Part shown: positions 10,145-18,158 of the stretch, one piece after another
Position numbering within the stretch: position 1 is the stretch's first letter
Layout: every line of letters begins with the position of its first letter
Assembly (NCBI GenBank): GCA_020724865.1
Contig: DYGA01000001.1
Coordinates: 89,438 to 153,437 of the forward strand
Reading direction: 5' to 3'
Length of the DNA: 64,000 bases
Source: Candidatus Paceibacter sp.
Lineage (GTDB): Bacteria > Patescibacteriota > Patescibacteriia > S139-126
Notes under the pieces: model-generated
What the model was told of the DNA's origin: nothing
Databases searched by the model: none
Seen by the model: only the letters and a program-made list of their open reading frames with translations
Position numbers and translations under genes: made by a program

Positions 10145-11209
10145 ATGTCCAGTTTAAATACAAAAAATATGAATTTAGAAAACCTATTTGAAATTGCTGT
10201 AGAAAACAATGCTTCTGATATTCATCTTTTAGTAGGTAAATCGCCTATTTTACGTGTTTCTGGAGACTTAAAAGAACTTAATGATTTACCTATTATCGTC
10301 CCTGAACTTATTCAAAAAATGATTAAAGAAGCAATAAACGAAAAACAGTATGAGACCTTTATAAAAGATCGTGAATTAGATTTTTCTTATCCTTTAAAAA
10401 ATGGCACCCGCATGCGTGTTAATCTATTTTGGGAAAAAGAAAACATGGGCCTAGTCGCTAGAGTTGTGCCCAGTAAAATTCCAGCGATGAAAGAAATTAT
10501 GATGCCTGAAGTTGTTTATCGCTTAACTAGGTTAAATCAAGGATTAGTTTTGGTAACTGGACCCACTGGTTGTGGTAAATCCACTTCTCTGGCAGCTATG
10601 ATTGAGCTGATTAACTCAGAAAGAGGGGTAAATATTGTTACTCTAGAAGATCCAATTGAATTTGTTTATAAAAACAAAAAATCTATTATTAAACAACGTC
10701 AACTTGGTTCTGATATGCTATCTTTCCAATCAGCCTTAAAACACGTTCTACGCCAAGACCCTGATGTTATTTTGGTAGGAGAAATGCGGGATTTAGAAAC
10801 AATAGCTGCAACTATTACTTTGGCCGAAACTGGACACTTAGTTTTTGCTACCTTACATACGCTCAATGCCTCTCAAACTATTGACCGTATTATTGATGTT
10901 TTTCCGCCATACCAACAACCACAAGTAAGATTACAAGTCTCAATGACACTAGCCGGTATTGTTTCACAAAGACTCCTGCCAAAAAAAGATGGCGGCATGG
11001 TGGCTACTCGTGAAATTCTTATTAATACTCCAGCTATTTCAAATTTAATAAGAGAAAATAAAATTCAACAAATTAAAACTATTATCCAAACTTCAGCCGC
11101 GGAAGGCATGATTTCTATGGATCAAGATCTAAAACGATTATACAATGAAAACTATATCGATAAAGAAACTGCCAAACAATACATGATGGATCCCAATAGT
11201 TTAAAATAA
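10145..11209 (+). CDS. pilT: Type IV pilus retraction ATPase
   Basis: GPTGCGKST, TLEDPIE, LRQDPDVILVGEMRD, AETGHLVFATLHT, AISNLIRE (PilT AIRNLIRE motif). Confidence 0.93.
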   Translation: MSSLNTKNMNLENLFEIAVENNASDIHLLVGKSPILRVSGDLKELNDLPIIVPELIQKMIKEAINEKQYETFIKDRELDFSYPLKNGTRMRVNLFWEKENMGLVARVVPSKIPAMKEIMMPEVVYRLTRLNQGLVLVTGPTGCGKSTSLAAMIELINSERGVNIVTLEDPIEFVYKNKKSIIKQRQLGSDMLSFQSALKHVLRQDPDVILVGEMRDLETIAATITLAETGHLVFATLHTLNASQTIDRIIDVFPPYQQPQVRLQVSMTLAGIVSQRLLPKKDGGMVATREILINTPAISNLIRENKIQQIKTIIQTSAAEGMISMDQDLKRLYNENYIDKETAKQYMMDPNSLK

Positions 11210-11223
11210 ATAAATTTTATATT

Positions 11224-11253
11224 AAAAAACTCCACCCTTATGGTGGATTTTTT
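11224..11253 (+). terminator. pilT intrinsic terminator
   Basis: TCCACC-CTTAT-GGTGGA followed by a T-tract. Confidence 0.7.
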
Positions 11254-11254
11254 A

Positions 11255-11353
11255 TGATGCTTTTGTTTTACGAAATCCTAATCTATTTTGAACGAAACTG
11301 ATAACACATGAACGCAGTCAAATCGGTCAGTAAAATTTCTGAAAGTCAAATCT
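11255..11353. mobile_element. Degenerate empty mini-element (older copy stacked at the tRNA-Lys site)
   Basis: 11255-11301 aligns ungapped with 11354-11400 (30/47 nt; MLLFYEILIYFERN* vs VQLYDQIRTHFERD*). 11313-11358 aligns ungapped with 12681-12726 (34/46 nt). Confidence 0.55.
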
Positions 11354-11427
11354 TGGTGCAATTATATGACCAAATCCGAACTCACTTCGAGCGGGACTAA
11401 CCGCCTCGCTTCGCTCGGCGTACGCTC

Positions 11428-11472
11428 GGGCGCGGCGGAATTCCCCCCTTGAACCCCCCTTCCGCCGCGCCC
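11428..11472. repeat. GC-rich REP-like inverted repeat
   Basis: Perfect 13-bp stem GGGCGCGGCGGAA / TTCCGCCGCGCCC within a GC-rich patch at 11401-11500. Confidence 0.8.
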
Positions 11473-11511
11473 TCGCGGGAGGCCAAAAATTTTTTCGCCG
11501 CCAAAAATCAA

Positions 11512-11799
11512 CTAGAAAAGAGTATTGATTGCGATAGATCCACCAATCCAAAGCAGGATTGCCAACCACCCAAGGTTATTAGCCTTCTTAGCTTTCTTCG
11601 GCAATCTTTTTTTCCAGCCGTAGTAAAAAATCGCCTGTGCGATGAGGGGAGCAAACAGACACAAAATGAATACATACCAAAGAACATTTCCGCTTAGTGG
11701 TGATTCGTCCACCTGACCTTCGGGCACAGAGGATTTTTCTTTTCTCATCACAAAAAACGAAATGATGCCGGGGATGAGTGTGAAAATTAGTAAATTCAT
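11512..11799 (-). CDS. Small membrane protein (cassette cargo)
   Basis: 95 aa, about three hydrophobic segments; YYGWKKRLPKKAKKAN basic loop. Confidence 0.7.
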   Translation of the reverse strand: MNLLIFTLIPGIISFFVMRKEKSSVPEGQVDESPLSGNVLWYVFILCLFAPLIAQAIFYYGWKKRLPKKAKKANNLGWLAILLWIGGSIAINTLF

Positions 11800-11812
11800 A
11801 GTTTTTGATTAT

Positions 11813-12574
11813 TTATTTTTTAATTTGTAATTCTTCTCTCAGAAAATTAGTCAACGGGTGCGTATACACATTCAGTATATAACTATAAGGATTATCTGTA
11901 AACGGATTTTTTGTGGACAGTAAAGATTGCTGTACTTCTCTGATTGGGTTTGGATTTTCTTTGACCATTCTCTCTAATTCTTCTTGGGAGACAAAAATAG
12001 AGGTGTCATAAACTTGCACCGCTATTTCTCGACCTTTGTCAGTTTTTACAAATTCCACAGAATCCATTTCCGCTATTCGTTGCAATGCTTCCGAGGTAAA
12101 TGTTGATAATTCATCTCCTTGTATATTTAGACCAAATTTCTGCGGATTAGAAAGAATTGCGGCGTGAGAAGTAAAAACGGCTAGAAAAATTATTCCCATC
12201 GCTATAGCAATAGAAGGAAATTGTTTTTGAGGATTAACAAAACCGTAGTAAGAAGCGAGGGTGATTAGTCCAGTAGCAAGAATTAAATATACGAGTTGTA
12301 TTCCGTTCGGAATGGAAAAAAGTAAAATTCCAAGAGCAGCAGTAAGAGCCGCCCAACCAACAAAAATCCAACTTTTTTCACGGACAGTGAATAGTCCGAG
12401 TACAAATAAGCTCGCGAGCGTTATTGTAGTGCTAGAACTTAAAATTTTTTCTGGTACAGAAAACAAAAACAACGCGGGGATGAAAAATATCCCAGCGTAA
12501 ATCATCAATAGCCAACCCATAAATATAGCTGACGATTGGAAAAGCTGTTTATGTTTTTGAATGAAATTTTCCAT
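11813..12574 (-). CDS. Multi-pass membrane protein with C-terminal soluble domain (cassette cargo)
   Basis: About 5 TM segments. Start moved to the ATG at 12574 (MENFIQK) because the 30-aa extension lies in the GC-rich cassette arm. Confidence 0.75.
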   Translation of the reverse strand: MENFIQKHKQLFQSSAIFMGWLLMIYAGIFFIPALFLFSVPEKILSSSTTITLASLFVLGLFTVREKSWIFVGWAALTAALGILLFSIPNGIQLVYLILATGLITLASYYGFVNPQKQFPSIAIAMGIIFLAVFTSHAAILSNPQKFGLNIQGDELSTFTSEALQRIAEMDSVEFVKTDKGREIAVQVYDTSIFVSQEELERMVKENPNPIREVQQSLLSTKNPFTDNPYSYILNVYTHPLTNFLREELQIKK

Positions 12575-12585
12575 AGCAAAATTAA

Positions 12586-12726
12586 AAGGTTGCCGCCAAA
12601 GAAATCTTTGGCTCGAACCTGCGCTTGGCGAGCCGCGCTGTGCGGGGGGAGCCAGTGTTTCCATTCTCTGCCGCGCTTCGCGCGGCTGAATCGGTCGGCA
12701 AAATTCCTGAAAGTTTGATACTGGTG
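12586..12726 (+). pseudogene. Remnant C-terminal tail of a putative site-specific recombinase
   Basis: Open frame with no start codon, KVAAKEIFGSNLRLASRAVRGEPVFPFSAALRAAESVGKIPESLILV, running into the tRNA end. The resemblance to CPR large serine recombinase tails is from memory and unverified. Confidence 0.5.
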
Positions 12727-12797
12727 GGTCGCACAGGACTCGAACCTGTAACCAATTGCTTAAGAGGCAACTGCTCTACCAATTGAGCTAGCGACCC
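12722..12797 (-). tRNA. tRNA-Lys(CTT)
   Basis: GGGTCGC...GCGACCC-ACCA acceptor, anticodon arm GTTGC-CT-CTT-AA-GCAAT, TTCGAG T-loop. Confidence 0.96.
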
Positions 12798-12818
12798 AAT
12801 TTTAAATTAAATAATAAC

Positions 12819-12838
12819 GACTAATTTCTAATTACTAA
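12819..12838. repeat. 20-bp heptamer-based dispersed repeat, copy 1
   Basis: GACTAATTTCTAATTACTAA is identical to 51635-51654. Confidence 0.7.
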
Positions 12839-12945
12839 ACAATATACTAATAGCAAATAATTAAATAATGGTCAATGCTAAATTATATATTCTCAATTTT
12901 AAATTTAAAAATATATTATATTTTAAAATAAGTTTAAATAATTTA

Positions 12946-13618
12946 TGTCCTCCCTTATAACGATAAGGAGCATCTACTCGGCAAACGCAACTTTTCTGCC
13001 GAACAATAAAATTTCAAGTTCCTTATGGTAAATTCCTATGAATTTTAGTTAAAAGAAACGGAGATAACAATGGTTTTAATTTTAATTGCTGTTTCCGCGT
13101 TAAATATTTAAACCCTTTAATATGACCAAAACAATTTTTGGCGCCACAGACACACTTGAAATCAGTACCCCACTTTTTCATATCCCACTCTGTAGTGAGG
13201 TAGTTAAAAGTTATCTCTTCATTTTTCGAAATATTTTTAATGGCAATAAACCATTTTTTTTCAGTATCAAGCTTAGTATTTGGTGAACAACTATGATTAA
13301 TAAAATCTTCTGGAACAAGATATTTTGTATCAATAAATTTATCCTTACTTATTTGCACCGCTTCCGGCGTAGAATTTGTGGCATTAACAAGCTTTCCTTT
13401 TAAAAAAATAATCTTATCACCTTTCCTAAATCTTTTATTGGCAAAAAGCGCTAATCCTTTTTTCCACACATAAACAACTTTAAGAGATTGAGGAATTTTC
13501 AAATTAAAAAGTCTTTTATTTTGCCTGATAAGCATGGTTTAAAAAAAATTAATGACTGAAAAAATAAATTTGTTTACTTAATTTAATGCAAAAATCGGCC
13601 GAATTGCAAGAGAGGATA
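12946..13618. mobile_element. Possible inverted-repeat-bounded passenger unit carrying the SET gene
   Basis: Left end TGTCCTCCCTTATAA vs reverse complement of right end TATCCTCTCTTGCAA (11/15). No transposase and no clear target-site duplication. Confidence 0.4.
13023..13535 (-). CDS. SET-domain protein lysine methyltransferase with post-SET Zn motif
   Basis: GLALFA, FINHSCSPN, EEITFNY, FKCVCGAKNCFG. Confidence 0.92.
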   Translation of the reverse strand: MLIRQNKRLFNLKIPQSLKVVYVWKKGLALFANKRFRKGDKIIFLKGKLVNATNSTPEAVQISKDKFIDTKYLVPEDFINHSCSPNTKLDTEKKWFIAIKNISKNEEITFNYLTTEWDMKKWGTDFKCVCGAKNCFGHIKGFKYLTRKQQLKLKPLLSPFLLTKIHRNLP

Positions 13619-13713
13619 AATAAAACTTTATAAATTACTTAATGGAAAACTTATCACAAATGAAAATAATGTCGACAAAATTTGTGCCTATATTAATTAA
13701 AGATTGAAGAAAA

Positions 13714-14804
13714 TTAATTTTTCTCTTTTTCTTGGATTTGTTGGTATATTTCTTTTTTTAAATTTTCAAAAATCTGAAAAGATTGAGGAAAGTGTAGACG
13801 AATATACTCTAATACTGAAGGTTGCAATTTATTCATCATAAGGTAAGGGTAAAACTCTTCTTGATTCCTTAAAATAAATATTAAACCTGCTGTTTCGTTT
13901 TCAAAATCTAGTAAAATCGGATTAGCTTTCATAATTGCATCTTTTGATCTTTGATTATATTCATCTTCATTAATTTCTCCCTTTTGCAATAAATTAAATA
14001 AAAAATCGATTTCTTGTGACCAGCGTAATTCTTTTTCCTTAAAATCTTTTAAAATAAAATCACGCGCTTCATTTAAAACTACCCTTTGTTTTGTTGGCAA
14101 ATTATCTATTTCTTTGTGCAGTCGTTCATGTGCTAAAACATCACGAAAACCTTCTTTATGCAATTCATTCTCACTCAATACAATGTTGCCATTTTCAAAA
14201 TATGACATAAAAACTCGTGCTTCTTCTTCGGAATATCCTAACTGCTCCATTTTCTTTAAAAACATTATCTGTTTTTCCTGACTATTTAGATAGTTTTTTT
14301 AAAATAGCCTCCTGCTGGTGTTCCTATCATACCTGGATCAACTACTTCACCAAAGACAACCATTACTTTATTAGGCACCACGTACTCACCATTTTTAATA
14401 AGTTGGCAATTTTTTTCATACAAATTTTTCACTTCCTAAAAATATTCCATATTGATTGTTTTCTTCTCCTCAACTTCAGATTTGGTTTGAGCAAAAGCAG
14501 ATTCAGCCCTGATTAATGAAAAAATAACAACTAATGTCTTTAAGGCATTTCTCAATAGTGAATTATTTCGTATCTTTTCCAAAAATGATGGGGATTCAAT
14601 TACTTTTTCTACTTTTTTATCAATAATCTGTTCATTATCAGATGGCAAAATATCAAATTCATTTTTAAAGACTTGTTGTGCAGTAAAAATTTTTTCATTC
14701 TGTTCTAGCTCAAATTTTTGATCTCCAAACTTTTCAACTTCAATAGTTTTCGATTTTTCTTCATTTTTATTTGTAAAATTATTTTCAATATAATTTTCTT
14801 TCAT
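13714..14804 (-). pseudogene. Disrupted membrane-anchored HExxH protein (ORFs 14436-14804 and 13714-14265 are one gene)
   Basis: The frame stays open past an in-frame TAG at 14436-38 (EVKNLYEKNCQL...GTPAGGYF). A 1-nt shift in the A7 tract at 14294-14300 then joins it to NYLNSQEKQIMFLKK...LAHERLHKE. Confidence 0.7.
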
Positions 14805-14991
14805 AAAATAATTTTATTAAACTCTAATAATTTTTCTTGATTAAATTGCATTAAATTAAGTAAGTTAAATTAAATTTTTTCCGTAACAACTTGATAGTAT
14901 TAGTAATAAATTTTCAAGTATCATAGAGCCTTTAATATTGTTTTATAAAATTTGCGTAAACTTTTTTTAATTTGTTAACTAGCGCGTGGAC

Positions 14992-15033
14992 AGCGAGCGG
15001 AGCAATTAATTCCGACAAAGTTAGTTTTGGTGC
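14992..15033. repeat. 42-bp att-like arm abutting the tRNA-Arg 3' end
   Basis: 39/42 identical to 32761-32802, which abuts tRNA-Leu(TAG). Confidence 0.85.
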
Positions 15034-15102
15034 ACCCGGAGGGATTCGAACCCCCAACAACAGGTCCGAAGCCTGTCATGATATCCATTTCACCACGGGT
15101 GC
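15028..15102 (-). tRNA. tRNA-Arg(TCG)
   Basis: GCACCCG/CGGGTGC-ACCA acceptor; ACAGG-CT-TCG-GA-CCTGT anticodon arm. Confidence 0.95.
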
Positions 15103-15189
15103 GTATACTAATTTTACCTATTATCTAAAAAATAAACAAAAAAACACAACCAGCGTTGTGTATTACGCCAAAATAAATTGTAAAATAAC

Positions 15190-15477
15190 TTAATTTTCTT
15201 TAACTTTCAAAGCGTCTTTTAAAGTTTTGCCAGCCTTAAACTTTGGCACTATTACACTTGGAATTTTCATTGGTTCATTTGGTTTTTGCGGATTAACACC
15301 CATACGAGCATGTCGGTTACGAGCAGAAAAAGTACCAAAACCAGTAATTGTTACTTCGTTGCCAGCTTTCAAAGTGTCGATGATTAGTTCAACCATTGAA
15401 TTTACTAAATGCTCGGTTTCTTTTTTTGATATACCAGATTTATCTGATAATTTTTGGATAAATTCTATTTTGTTCAT
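15190..15477 (-). CDS. hup: HU family DNA-binding protein
   Basis: MNKIEFI...VTITGFGTFS...ARMGVNPQ...PKFKAGKTLKDA; GGAGGTG SD upstream. Confidence 0.95.
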   Translation of the reverse strand: MNKIEFIQKLSDKSGISKKETEHLVNSMVELIIDTLKAGNEVTITGFGTFSARNRHARMGVNPQKPNEPMKIPSVIVPKFKAGKTLKDALKVKEN

Positions 15478-15504
15478 AATTTCACCTCCCTCTTTTAATA
15501 ATAA

Positions 15505-16299
15505 TTATTTAATTATTACTTTTTCTTGTAATCTTTTTATTTTTTTTGCTAGTTTATTTTTTCCAAATTCTACCAAAACACCATTAACTTGAGCTGGTCC
15601 AAATTCTGGAATTTTTAAAACAAAATTTTTGCCAGTTAAAAAATGATTTATAATTTCTTTCTTATCTACGCCAATCACGGAATCTATTGCCCCACAAAAA
15701 CCTACATCACTAATAGCTGCTGTACCTTTGGGAAGAATTCTTTCATCTGCAGTTTGCACATGAGTATGTGTGCCAAAAACTGCATTAACTCTACCATCCA
15801 CATACCAAGCAAAAGCATGTTTTTCGCTAGTAGCTTCAGCATGTAAATCAACAATTGCTAAATCATATTCACTAGATTTATATTTGTCTAATATACTATC
15901 AATCGCTTGAAAAGGATTATTAACAGGTTCATCCATAAATACTCTACCTAATAAGCTTATCACAAGCAATTTTTTTTTGCGAATGGAAAATATTGCTTCC
16001 CCCCGACCAGGAAAATCTCCCTCCAAATTAAATGGCCTTAAAACTACAATCTCGGATGAGTTCAATAACGCTTCAGCTTCTTTTCGCTCTAAAGTATGAT
16101 CACCAGCGGTAAAAATATCTATTCCTAATTCGCTAAGATAATCAAAATGTTTTTGATTCATACCACGGCCATGAGTGACATTGTCAGCGTTGGCAATGAT
16201 AATATCGGGGCGATATTTTTTTTGCCAACGCGGCAATATTTTGGCCACAGCTTTACGACCAATTTTCCCGTCAATATCACCAAAAAATAGTATTTTCAT
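15505..16299 (-). CDS. ymdB: YmdB-family metallophosphoesterase
   Basis: ILFFGDIDGKIGR, DLHAEATSEK, GTHTHVQTAD; directly downstream of rny. Confidence 0.92.
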   Translation of the reverse strand: MKILFFGDIDGKIGRKAVAKILPRWQKKYRPDIIIANADNVTHGRGMNQKHFDYLSELGIDIFTAGDHTLERKEAEALLNSSEIVVLRPFNLEGDFPGRGEAIFSIRKKKLLVISLLGRVFMDEPVNNPFQAIDSILDKYKSSEYDLAIVDLHAEATSEKHAFAWYVDGRVNAVFGTHTHVQTADERILPKGTAAISDVGFCGAIDSVIGVDKKEIINHFLTGKNFVLKIPEFGPAQVNGVLVEFGKNKLAKKIKRLQEKVIIK

Positions 16300-16307
16300 A
16301 AAATAAA

Positions 16308-17837
16308 CTATCTTGCGTATTCAATTACTCTATTTTCTCTAATGGCAGTTACCTTGATTTCACCAGGGTATTTTAATTCCGCTTCAATACGATCGGCTAT
16401 ATCACGAGCAATTTTTTTCATTTGATAATCATCTACTTCTTCAGGTTTAACAAAAACACGAATTTCCCGACCGGCTTGAATGGCATAAGTTTTTTCAATA
16501 CCTGGAAAATTATTAGCTACTGCTTCCAATTCTTCTAAACGTTGCAAATAATTTTCGTAAGTATCTTTTCTAGCTCCAGGTCTAGCTCCAGAAATTGCAT
16601 CGGCTACTTTTACTATCACACCTTCTAAAGTTTTGGGACTATCTTCATGGTGAGCAATAGCAATATAAGCTACCTCCTCAGGTAAGCCAAATTTTTTCAT
16701 AATATCATAGCCAATATCAGTATGAGCTCCTTGGACCTCATGGTCAACTGCCTTGCCAATATCATGTAATAAACCACCCTTTTTACAGACAGCAACATTG
16801 GCCCCCAACTCCTCAGCTAACATACCGGATAAAAAGGCAACTTCCATAGAGTGACGTAAAACATTTTGACCATAAGAAGTGCGATACTTTAAACGACCTA
16901 AAATTTGTAATAATTTTGGATCAAGTCCAGCCACTCCAACTTCATAAGCAGCTTCTTCTCCAGCTTTTTTTATATCTAAAGCCAACTCTTTTTTAGCCTG
17001 TTCTACGGTTTCTTCAATTCTACCTGGATGAATACGTCCATCTGATATTAATTTATCTAGAGCTCTTTTAGCCAAATGTCTTCTAATTGGAGAAAAACCA
17101 GATACTAAAATGACTCCTGGAGTATCATCAACAATAATTTCCACCCCGCACAAATTTTCAATTGCTTTAATATTTCTGCCTTCCCGACCGATTATTCTGC
17201 CTTTCATTTCATCATTGGGCAAGGTAACTGAAGTAGTGGTTGTTTCCGCAGCATGCGAAGAAGCGCATCTTTGTAAAACTAAACTAATTAAATTTTTAGC
17301 TTTTTGTTCTAATTCTTCTTCGCCAATTCTTTCCAACTTCAACATTCTTTCATACAAAACATCTTTTTGTCGTTTTTCGACATTATCCAATAAGACTTTT
17401 TTGGCTTCCTCTTGAGTAAGCTTAGCTACTTTTTCTAACTTTTCTAACTGTTGTTCACGCAGTTTGTCAATTTCTTCTTCTTTTTTCGTTAGCTGTTGTT
17501 CTTTTTCACGTAAACGTTGTTGACGATTCTCAAGTTCCAATATTTTTTTATCAAAAATCTCTTCTCGTTTTTCCAAACGAATCTGTAAATGTTGGATCTC
17601 ACGACGTCTTTCCGTTTCTTCTTTTTTCGCTTCATCAATAATCGCTATAGCTTTGTCTTTAGCAGCCAGTAAAATTTCTTTTTCTTTATTTTTAGCAGTA
17701 ATGATTATTTTCTCAGCTTTTCTTTCGGCAGAATTAACTGCTTGTTTGGACCAAATTTTTCTGACAAAATAACCACCAACTAAACCAATAATAGCGGCGA
17801 TGCTAGCGCCGATTAAAAACTCTAAAGTTACTTCCAT
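16308..17837 (-). CDS. rny: Ribonuclease Y
   Basis: N-terminal TM, coiled coil, KH domain (KGRIIGREGRNI), HD domain (LLHDIGK), YAIQAGREIRV. Confidence 0.97.
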   Translation of the reverse strand: MEVTLEFLIGASIAAIIGLVGGYFVRKIWSKQAVNSAERKAEKIIITAKNKEKEILLAAKDKAIAIIDEAKKEETERRREIQHLQIRLEKREEIFDKKILELENRQQRLREKEQQLTKKEEEIDKLREQQLEKLEKVAKLTQEEAKKVLLDNVEKRQKDVLYERMLKLERIGEEELEQKAKNLISLVLQRCASSHAAETTTTSVTLPNDEMKGRIIGREGRNIKAIENLCGVEIIVDDTPGVILVSGFSPIRRHLAKRALDKLISDGRIHPGRIEETVEQAKKELALDIKKAGEEAAYEVGVAGLDPKLLQILGRLKYRTSYGQNVLRHSMEVAFLSGMLAEELGANVAVCKKGGLLHDIGKAVDHEVQGAHTDIGYDIMKKFGLPEEVAYIAIAHHEDSPKTLEGVIVKVADAISGARPGARKDTYENYLQRLEELEAVANNFPGIEKTYAIQAGREIRVFVKPEEVDDYQMKKIARDIADRIEAELKYPGEIKVTAIRENRVIEYAR

Positions 17838-17854
17838 ATAATAATCCTCGGAAA

Positions 17855-18060
17855 CTTTGGAGTATAATTGAATAATTTTTAGCTGTTATTCAAGACAAGT
17901 ATGAGTTAATGTTTGGGGTACCAAAAAAAAGGCTTCTGGATGAAACTTTTTGAAAAACAAAGAAATAAAAATAATTACGTTCCAAAAGATAATTTCCAAT
18001 AAATCAAGCATCATAGACTCGTACCTGTACAGCCTAATCATCTATTATTCTTCTCCAAAG
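17855..18060 (-). ncRNA. ssrS: Probable 6S RNA
   Basis: About 206-nt rod with nested complementary segments (CTTTGGAG/CTCCAAAG, GAATAAT/ATTATTC, ACAAGTATGAGT/ACTCGTACCTGT). It has its own promoter, sits upstream of rny, and carries AGAAGCC and CTTGAA motifs on the minus strand. Confidence 0.55.
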
Positions 18061-18086
18061 CTGTTATTAATAATTACAGTATTTTT

Positions 18087-18115
18087 AGTATACCACAGAA
18101 TTTGAATTTTGGCAA
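18087..18115 (-). promoter_or_regulatory. Sigma70 promoter for the 6S-like RNA / rny-ymdB
   Basis: TTGCCA-N17-TATACT with an extended -10 TG. Confidence 0.7.
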
Positions 18116-18158
18116 TACTCAAAAATCGCTCCGATTTTAAGTCAAAGCGGAATAAAAA

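Larger units (their letters stand above)
11354..12726. mobile_element. Non-autonomous integrative cassette at the tRNA-Lys 3' end carrying two membrane-protein genes
   Basis: TGGTG at both ends (11354-58 and 12722-26, the latter being the tRNA CACCA), GC-rich ends, a split recombinase-like tail on the + strand, and no integrase gene inside. Confidence 0.65.

Noticed and set aside
11327-11697. ORFs 11327-11569(-) and 11449-11697(+)
   Set aside because: They run through the GC-rich palindromes of the cassette arm and overlap the cargo gene; the composition is not protein-like.
12575-12664. 30-aa N-terminal extension of the 283-aa ORF
   Set aside because: It lies in the GC-rich arm, antisense to the recombinase-like tail; the ATG at 12574 fits better.
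12946-13022. Integron attC site after the SET gene
   Set aside because: A hairpin and a GTTATAA are present, but there is no matching RYYYAAC box, no second copy and no intI gene.
11255-15033. CRISPR array
   Set aside because: The repeats are few, degenerate and irregularly spaced; there are no cas genes.
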